A stretch of DNA of 58,534 bases, filler included, from Sphacelaria rigidula (Eukaryota): the NCBI GenBank assembly GCA_964200075.2. It is 2 parts of 2 records of this genome, joined end to end, with 100 filler letters (N's around TTAATTAATTAA, not from the genome) between each part and the next. Parts side by side here need not be neighbours in the genome. Positions count along the whole stretch, not along the records: positions 29,346 to 58,534 come from CAXNAA020000086.1; 1 more part is not named here. One strand, given 5' to 3'. The notes below the pieces were generated by a model. The model did not search any database, was not told the DNA's origin, and saw only the letters and a program-made list of their open reading frames with translations. Positions 50,301 through 58,534 of the stretch are shown here, one piece after another. Made by a program: the position numbers and the translations under genes. The stretch's first letter is position 1, and every line of letters starts with the position of its first letter.

Positions 50301-51002
50301 TTCGCGCAAAAAGTGCACGCCTACCGTAGCATTGCTCGAGCATATACAAATATAAGGAGTTCAGCCCTAGGTTATTTGATCCGCGGGCTGGGTTTTCGAA
50401 CCCTCAGTCCCACGGGGAATCTTTGCCGACGGGCTGGAAGAGAGAGAGCTCAGCCCATTTCCCGACTTTCTGGACACCGAGTTTTGTTTCGTTCACAACT
50501 TCTGCTCAAACCTGTAAAAATACTAGATACATGGGTGTGAGCGGAAAATTATCTTTCCCGAACACACTTTTTGTTCACACACGTTTGTGGTGGCAAATAT
50601 GTGAACGGTGTGGTAAAATATCACAAATCGACGTACAGACAATCGGACAACTCGCGGGCCAACAGCGCCCCCAAGAAGGCTGAAGTTCCCACTTGTATAT
50701 AGCTGCATATTTTCCCCGGAAAGGTTGCCCTCAATCCATTCAGCCACGGAAACCTCCAAACACGGCCGATGGTTCCGTTCAAGACTGGAGACGTGAAACT
50801 TTAAACAAACGGAAGCAAACTGAAGATTCACGGACGTACAACACCTGATGTACCGTCAAACTCAGCCACATACACATGCCTACGTCACACCAAAAATCGT
50901 TACATCAATCCACCTCGTGAAAATCGAAAAAATGTTTTTTTTCACCAAGCAGAGCGCTCTTTTGAATGCGTCAGGACCCAATATAATCTTCTTACATTCT
51001 CC

Positions 51003-51416
51003 GCACACGCGGCCACTGGGCTACCCCCAAAAATCCCTCCACACTAAAATTGACTCCTCTAGTGGGAGAAAAAGTTCGGGAGGTGTATAATCCCTCTAGA
51101 GGCTGAACAGTAAACCCCTCCAGAGGGATTATACGGCCGCTGCAGGAATAACCCACCAAAGCCACTCGGGAGGGAGGGAGATGGAGCCCCCCTAGAGGGG
51201 TTATGTACAGTTTGGAAGATTCGACACAGTATGAAATCCCTCTAGAGGTCACAAATTCCTCTACTGTAGTGGTGTTCAATCCTTCTGGATTTCTGGAGGG
51301 GTCAAAATTGACCCCTCCAGACGGATTAAACACCTGCACAGACAAAGTTGCCCCCTCTGGAGGGATCAATTTTCGTGTGGAGGGATTTTTGGGGATAGCC
51401 AAATGGCTGTGTGTGC
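51003..51416. mobile_element. MITE-like element with long inverted termini and internal CCCTCYAGAGGG palindromes
   Basis: ggctacccccaaaaatccctccacac pairs with gtgtggagggatttttggggatagcc. The motif ccctctagagg recurs several times inside. Confidence 0.7.
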
Positions 51417-53461
51417 AGTGTACAGTCTACAATGCTGTATTGTTTTGGGAAGTCTAAGATGAACCGATCACATCGGCAAAAGATTAACCGACCAAGCTCG
51501 TAGGAACCTGCCCGCGAACGAGCCAGTCAGCACACACATAGTACAGGTGCGGTACCTTATATTTATAGTATCGCCGAACCCACGAACGCACAACACATCT
51601 GTCTATATACCACAAGTGTTGCGTTCACTGGCCCTCAGCAGTCTATCGCGCTTCCAGAACCCGGAAGTGCCCTCCTTTTCTGTAGATCCAGGAGAAGAAT
51701 GAATGCAGTATCAAGCCCAACATTTATTCTTACGGTAGAAATGCCAACATAATGCCAATTCAACAGACGGACACCCCCGGGCGGTCGAAAGGGTTCATAA
51801 GCTGGTGATGCATGTCAAATGGTGGATGATAATCTATCTCCCATATTGTCCCAGCAGTGTACGATTTGAGGTAACTACGTGGGGCAGGGTTTAATTAATT
51901 GCGCTCGATAAGGACACTTACACAATATATGATTGTGAAGATATCTAGAGGGAAGCTGGGGAAGATGACGTAAACTCGAGCAGAAGTTGAGGGGGAAAGA
52001 AGGAGACAGCACCTGCAAGTTAGCTACATGGCGAGACTGTCGCCGAGCAAACGCGCTCATGTTGATGTGTACTGTAGAAATCTAAGAACTTGGCGTTATC
52101 GCCGCTGCTGATATGAGTTGGTGTGTAGGGACAAGCTGAGACGAAAGGTGTAAGTGGAATCGTTTCTGTACAAATTTTTTCGGTCTTCAAAACAGTGCAG
52201 TATACAATGTTCTCATGAGATTGAGAAGGTAGGATACGATTGACAGTGGGAAGCGGTCTATTGACGAATGAAATGGTTTCATTTTCGAAATACCCCTCCG
52301 GGCCTTATACGAGGCCTGACACACCTTCTGTCGTAGCTTGCCACTGAAGCTCTTGATATCCCTGAGTAGGATATCGACGTGTACAGTAGCAGCTGTAAGC
52401 ACACGACAGTGTTGCAGGCAAAGAAAAAAGCACACAAAACTCATAATTGGTCAGGTTAAAGAAAATACGAAAACACACTCCCAATCAACGCTAGACTCTC
52501 AATCCCACGAAAACATTTGTCAGTAGTATACCTCAGTCTTCAGCACGTATCTCAATCGATAGGAGATGTGTGTTTCTTCTATCTCTTGCATCTTTTATCG
52601 CCGTACTGTACGCTCTCTGCTTCCCGCCGCTTGATACCTTTACTACATCTACGTGGTACGGTGCTCTCGTGGTGCCGTTCGCACGAAACAATGACTTATG
52701 GCTGGTTGTAGTAGCGCATGATTATAGGTGTGTTTGCGCGAACCCGTCGCCACACATCCCACGCACACGTCCGCGTAGACTCTGTTACGGCTGGAGGTTT
52801 GTCTATTCGAAGTTGTTGGCACGCGAATGTTATATATTGAGCAAAACTCATGTCTAAGTTGCTGAGTCACTCGAGATGTACTTGTGTTCACAGTATACCA
52901 TACACCGTTGTGTACTTCCGCGGTCGTGCAGACCAAAATCTCGGGGGCGCAGTGATTTTTCACCTAAATGTGGAACACGGGTATCATGCAAGTGCCCCCC
53001 CCCCCCCGTTCTGACGCATTTGTCTCCCTTTCCTCTCTGGCCCTTATTATTGCAATTTTGTATCTTCTAGGTGTCACGTGGGAGCCGGAATATGCGGCAT
53101 AACGGGCCACCAAAGCTGTGTTCTCGCTGCCTACCTCGCGTTTACTTTCATGAGTAAATGCTTCGAAATTGAAACCTGTCGTGTCGTTGGCAACACTGAA
53201 CGTCAACCGCCACGCTTGATTACGCCAGTAAGTTGTATCCGTTGGGTTTTGTGTATTCATCTATGCTATTGGGATTAATGCATATCGGGTGGTATCTGGG
53301 CGTGTGTGTTGGTGCGTGTTCTCCCGTACGGGCCTTGATTGGTGTTTATCTTATTTCCAGCCGCATATGTTATTAACTTATCCCAAGGGATCCAGCCGCG
53401 GTCACAAGATACACCTACGCAAGGTGAACAAAACGAAAACACTCGCCGAAGGCAGAAAACC

Positions 53462-55190
53462 CAAGGGCAGATCGGTAGGGTATATATTCAATACTCGGAT
53501 TTTTTTTAAGTCATACTCTTAGTACCCGAAATTTGGGCAGAGTGTTTGAGGTCATGTTCAATCTACCAAACATTTGGGCAGAGTATCGAGTATTGAGTAT
53601 TGAGATCATACCCGAGTGATACTCCATACTCAAATATTACTGAGAACACACACCCAATACTGGGTAGAGTATTTGAGGTCGTACGTAATCTAACCAAAGT
53701 TTGGGTAGAGTATTTGAGGTCGTACGTAATCTAACCAAAGTTTGGGTAGAGTATTTGAGGTCATACCCAATCTACCCAAAAATTTGGATCGAGTATTGAG
53801 TATCGAGGTCATACCCAAGTGACACTCGATACCCAGGTGTTGCTGAGAGTGCTTGCCCAATATTGGGTAGAGTATTCGAAGTCGTACCCAATCTCCCCGA
53901 ACGTTGCGTGTAGTATTTGAGGTCGTACCCAATCTACCCGAACGTTGCGTGTAGTATTTGAGGTCATACCAAATTTACCCAATTTTGGGTAAGAGTATCT
54001 GAGGCCGGACCCAATGTACCAAAACTTTGGGTATTACCTTAGTATTCGAGTTTGTACCCAAGAAACCCAAGCCGCCCGTACAACACGGACCACCGGGGCC
54101 TGTTTCGGGGTCAGGTCTATCACTCCTGACCCCGTCGCGCCTTTTTCTGTTGTTTCCCCCCGCGACTGTTGCGGTGTTTCCACATCTTCCACCTTTCTCA
54201 CCGCTGGGTCTCCCGTAGAGAAATCCGATGTGCGAGCGGTAAAGTTGCTCATTTCAACAATACCTACTCGACTACCCGCCTACTCGATTACCCAATGATG
54301 ACGAGTAGCGCATTGTACTGAAACTGATATCGAAGAGGATGCGAAGTATAAAGTATGGGTGTCTGTATGTACTGCCAGGGGTGGGGCAGGTAGGCTCATG
54401 CACACCTGCACGCTTTTTTGTTTTTTATGGCCACCGTTCGCTCATACTCATTGTAGCCTGTGACGTGACGTGACGTCACTCATCTCATTAATGACCACCG
54501 TTCGCATATATATTCGACATAGACTGTGAAGTGAAGTCACGAAGTCGCCAACAGTCACGGTTACTCATCATACCCAAGTGATCCTCTGTACCTGGGTGTT
54601 AATGAGATGACTTACCCAATCAATATTGTGTTCCCTTTTTCCAAAATAATAACAATTCAAACCATCCCACCCCAAAACAGCTCCAACCCCCATTTCCCCC
54701 AATTAGCAACGGGTCAGTTTTGCGTGCTGCATCTAGTGAGGGATAAATAGTGGGTAGAGTATTTGAGGTCGTACACAATCTACCCAATTTTGGGGTAGAT
54801 TATTTGAGGTTGTACTCAATCTACCCAAAATTTGGGCAGATCATTGAGATCATACCTGTACCCAAGAGATAGGATACTCTACATACCTAGGTATTGCTGA
54901 AAGTGCTTGCCCACTATCGGGTAGAGTATTTGAGGTCGTACCCAATCTACCCAAAATTTGGGTAGAGTATTGAGTATTGAGGTCATACCCAAGTGATACT
55001 CGATACTCAGGCATTGCTGAGAGTGCTTGCCCAATATTGGGTATAGTATTCGAGGTCGGACTCAATATACCCAAAATTTGGGCAGAGGATTTGAGGTTGT
55101 ACCCAATCTACCCAAATGTTGAGTAGAGTAAAATACCCGGGTATTCTACCCGAATTTTCCAAAGTACATACCCTACCCGACTTGCCCTTG
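53462..55190. mobile_element. Non-autonomous hAT-like DNA transposon with subterminal ~41-bp tandem arrays
   Basis: TIRs CAAGGGCAGATCGGTAGGGTATATA / TACATACCCTACCCGACTTGCCCTTG. The 8-bp flanks agaaaacc / aaaaaatt may be a degenerate TSD. Arrays of gggtagagtatttgaggtcgtacccaatctacccaaaattt lie at ~53520-54050 and ~54750-55130. No transposase ORF. Confidence 0.7.
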
Positions 55191-57894
55191 AAAAAATTGA
55201 GAAAGAGAGAAGGCGGAGAAAGAAAGTTTGACCAACGGAAACCACACACTACCGAGGCGGTGAGACGAATATATGGTTCTCGGCGATAGACACATTTTAC
55301 GATCGAGCCGAACCCACACCAACTCCTCGATGCTCTCCATCCATGCTACATGTCGGACAAGACGGCATCACATGCTCGTAACCAGATCATAGATGACGCA
55401 TGCATACACGATCACCCGACGATGACGGTAAAGACTGATCAGCCAGTCCTTGACCTCGACCCTGGCCGCTATTGGCACAATATCGCTACCGTTAGTCTTC
55501 ACACAGGCCAGATGATTAAAAAATCTACATGCAGCAGGTCTCCACTGGTTCGTACCTATGTCATCATGTAATCATCTGGGTTGTTGTGCTGTGTGCGTGC
55601 GAAGGTAAGATTTGAAGACTTTGTGAACCGGCAACAACCCCGCCGCGCTTCTTGCCGTTACAGTTTATTCACGTAATCGTAGCCATTTTCTAGCAAAGTC
55701 GGTTTGAAAAATGGGAACAGCTTCAGGCAACGGCGTTGGCAATGTGACGATGACTCGCCTGCAAGCAATGGGGTGAGGTCTTTCAAACTGCATTATAGTC
55801 TAAATGTGTTGACCGGGCTAGTTTGTGCCCAAGTCGTGGATGAGATTTTGTGTTTTCGGGACTCGAGTAAGGATGAAATGGAAGAAAATCGCGATGACCT
55901 CGGCAGCTTGGTACTCGGTACTACCGTACCTGTACCTTGTTTAAACACACTCTGGTGCAAGTGTTTCTAGCCGCGAGTATCTCCATAACTACCATGCTAC
56001 TGGCCACCAAAAATGTTCCACTTGGAAGACCTTGCGATGATGTATGAGTTGACCTATGTTTCATCGTCAGAACCACTGGAGTTGTTGAGAACATCGCATT
56101 CAACAGACATTCGCACCCCGGATCGTTTTGCGGCACAGCACTGCGGTCTGTACTGTTATACTACAGTAGGACTGTTGTATATCCTGTTGCCTGTACAGCA
56201 TGATGAAAGCGTCGAGTATGCATTACTGTACAGTAAGTACTACAGTACAGACAAGAAGTGTCGCCCCGAACCACGATGTATTTGACAGGACTGTTCTCAT
56301 ACCGTGTACACCTCTACTTGAGAGCTCTACTCGTAACGTCACGACTCTCACTTTCCCGTGCGGCCGGTCAATGTTCCGCCGGATTTAGTGTCACGTTCGC
56401 GAACACCCCTTCAAAATCGAGGCGATGTTACCCTACTCCTATAAACGCTTTCAATTGGCGAGGTTTGTGTAAGCCCCCCGACGTTTTCAAATACAATGTA
56501 AATAGAGTCAAGATTGCGTACATGGCCTCAGTGGCTTTCATACCCATGTAGCACGAGAGAGGCTGTCACTTGCAACACCATGAAGCTGGTCCGCGAGGGG
56601 GTTATAAGGAGTTAACACAGCAGCTCCTCCCCCCCCCGCGGCAGATCATCGTATTCTACTTGAAAACATCGTATTCTACTTGAAAACATCGAATAAACTT
56701 AGCCTTACTTATAGGGCATGTTGCAATCGTTCTCGCAAACAGTCGTGCTCGCTGTGTGCCTTTGTTTTTATCTGACGGAATGGGGGTAAAGTGTAGAGCG
56801 TCCAGCCCCCAAACCGGCGATATTTGTCACCATCTAACAAATACGGAGGCGTTTGGAAATGCACGAGGCAAAAAATAGCCGGCACAACCCTACGGTGAGA
56901 TTAACAGTGCTGCCGTAGGCGAGGAAGTATGCTTGCCTCCCCCCCATCACCATGAGCGACAAGTGTCAAGGTTTTCAACCTTGATTTTTTCCAGAGAAAC
57001 GGGCCCCAAACTCACAGCAATGGTGAGGGATTGCGTTTATTCACCCAGATCTCGACGAGATTTTCCCCAGTCAAGACAATTTCCGGCGATGTCAATCGCG
57101 CAGTCTTGTAGAAAGTAAAGGTTGAGAAGACGCGTTTATGTGCTTATTAATTTTCTTTTCATGCTTTCACCCCTTCCCGTCCTCGGGAGGGGTCCGGAGT
57201 GCCAAGAAATCAGCGCTCTCTCCCCTCCGTACATCCCTGGCTTTTTGGTATCGCTTATTGATCGGCACTCATGCACCCCGTCGACTCTCGTCAATTTTCC
57301 CCCCCGATAAATTGAAAGACAAGCACCGCAGAAGAAAGCTGGGGTACTAAAGCAAAAATTAGAAGAATAAAACTCTTCTGTTGACCTTCCTCCTGTGTGA
57401 TCCCGGCTGATGCGCCCACGTGGACTGAAAGGTGTAGACTGGCGTGCAGAACAGACGGGATGACAACACACACATAGACACGCACGTCATCACATCTTCA
57501 ACTACGGAAACGGGATTCCGTCCCCGCAAACGTCATCTGTTTGGATTAAAACAAGCATCCTTCCGCCTTATCTAGCTTTTGGTGTATCGATTCGTCCACC
57601 GGGACGCGGTGACACATGTTGTATACTGCAGGTGGTACTACACATTCCCATCACTTTGGCGCACAGTACGGTACAGTGGGTGCCTTGGGGTGCTGCTTTT
57701 GAGTCATGATACCGTACGTCTATCGACGAGTAAGGTTTTGATGTATTGTGCTGTGCACAAGGGCAAGGAAAGGACGGCACGGCATCGCAAGACCTTCGCT
57801 TATCATACCCAGGTTGAGGATACTGTATGATACTGTGTTGTTCGCTATGATACGCTACGAGCTGGGCCAGCCTAGAGGCGGATTTGAAGTTTGC

Positions 57895-58163
57895 AGGCCC
57901 ATGCTCTTTTATACATTAAGAGTTGGACCCTGAAATTTGGTATGGACAATGCATAGGGCATGAAAAAAACATCACCTCGGTACCAAAAGTTTTTTTTTTC
58001 TTCATGAGTTGAAGGTATTTTACTGATACCTGAAAACTGATCATTGCCCTTTACTCATGAAGAAAAAAAACTTTTGGTACCGAGGTAATTTTTTTCATGC
58101 CCTGTGCATTGTCCATACCAAATTTCAGGGTCCAACTCTAAATGTATAAAATAGTATGGGTCT
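57895..58163. mobile_element. Palindromic MITE/fold-back element
   Basis: Near-perfect inverted arms of about 115 bp (agagttggaccctgaaatttggtatggacaatgca / tgcattgtccataccaaatttcagggtccaactct). Confidence 0.8.
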
Positions 58164-58534
58164 ATCAAAAACCGGGTCGGTAGAAATTCGGAACAGTATT
58201 TCGTACGCCACTCACCGGCCCACGTTTGGTTTTCGTGTATTGAAATTTTGTGCAGGCGCTCTCTAGGGCATAATTAACAAGAAAAAGTGGGTCAGGTTGA
58301 TTTTTTTCATTTTTTTTCACCGGTTTAGGGCGTTCTACCATGGTAGAGACCATTTCTTCACGAGAACGCCCTAACCTCTCTGCAAAATAAAATGAAGGCC
58401 CATTTTATTTATTTATTCGGCACTCTTTTGTGGTTTTCCACACCAAAATTCGTCGTCATCCGCTAAATGCATCGATCGGGAGTTTCATAGAAATTTTAGT
58501 ATTGGCGCTATCTCCTTTAGGTATAGGAATTACC

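Noticed and set aside
53520-55130. Regularly spaced repeats resembling a CRISPR array
   Set aside because: The units are tandem with no unique spacers, there are no cas genes, the context is eukaryotic, and the arrays are enclosed by TIRs.
39000-58534. Numerous 60-200 aa ORFs in the track
   Set aside because: They show no recognisable domains or consistent exon chains, many overlap repeats, and they are consistent with chance ORFs in ~50% GC DNA.

Overview
Eukaryotic genomic DNA of about 50% GC with many spliceosomal introns. Gene architecture and content suggest a stramenopile, probably a brown alga (inference). An artificial N44-TTAATTAATTAA-N44 linker at 29246-29345 joins two pieces that may not be neighbours. 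Left piece: (i) a + strand, short-intron, partly decayed gene of unknown function (1-5550) that ends in an intronless SET-domain ORF; (ii) a complete 15-exon glutaminyl-tRNA synthetase gene on the - strand (8901-25625, 676 aa by manual splicing), whose fifth intron holds three paralogous box C/D snoRNA-like units with a 12-nt guide matching 18S rRNA; (iii) a 174-nt pre-miRNA-like fold-back at 27549-27722. Right piece: a membrane-anchored tyrosinase-family (type-3 copper) gene on the - strand with at least 9 exons (30105-38589, 3' end missing), then a gene-poor region with palindromic MITE-like elements, a 1.7-kb non-autonomous hAT-like element, tRNA-derived relics and microsatellites. All splicing, alignments and folds were done by eye, and rRNA sequences were recalled from memory, so they need computational confirmation.
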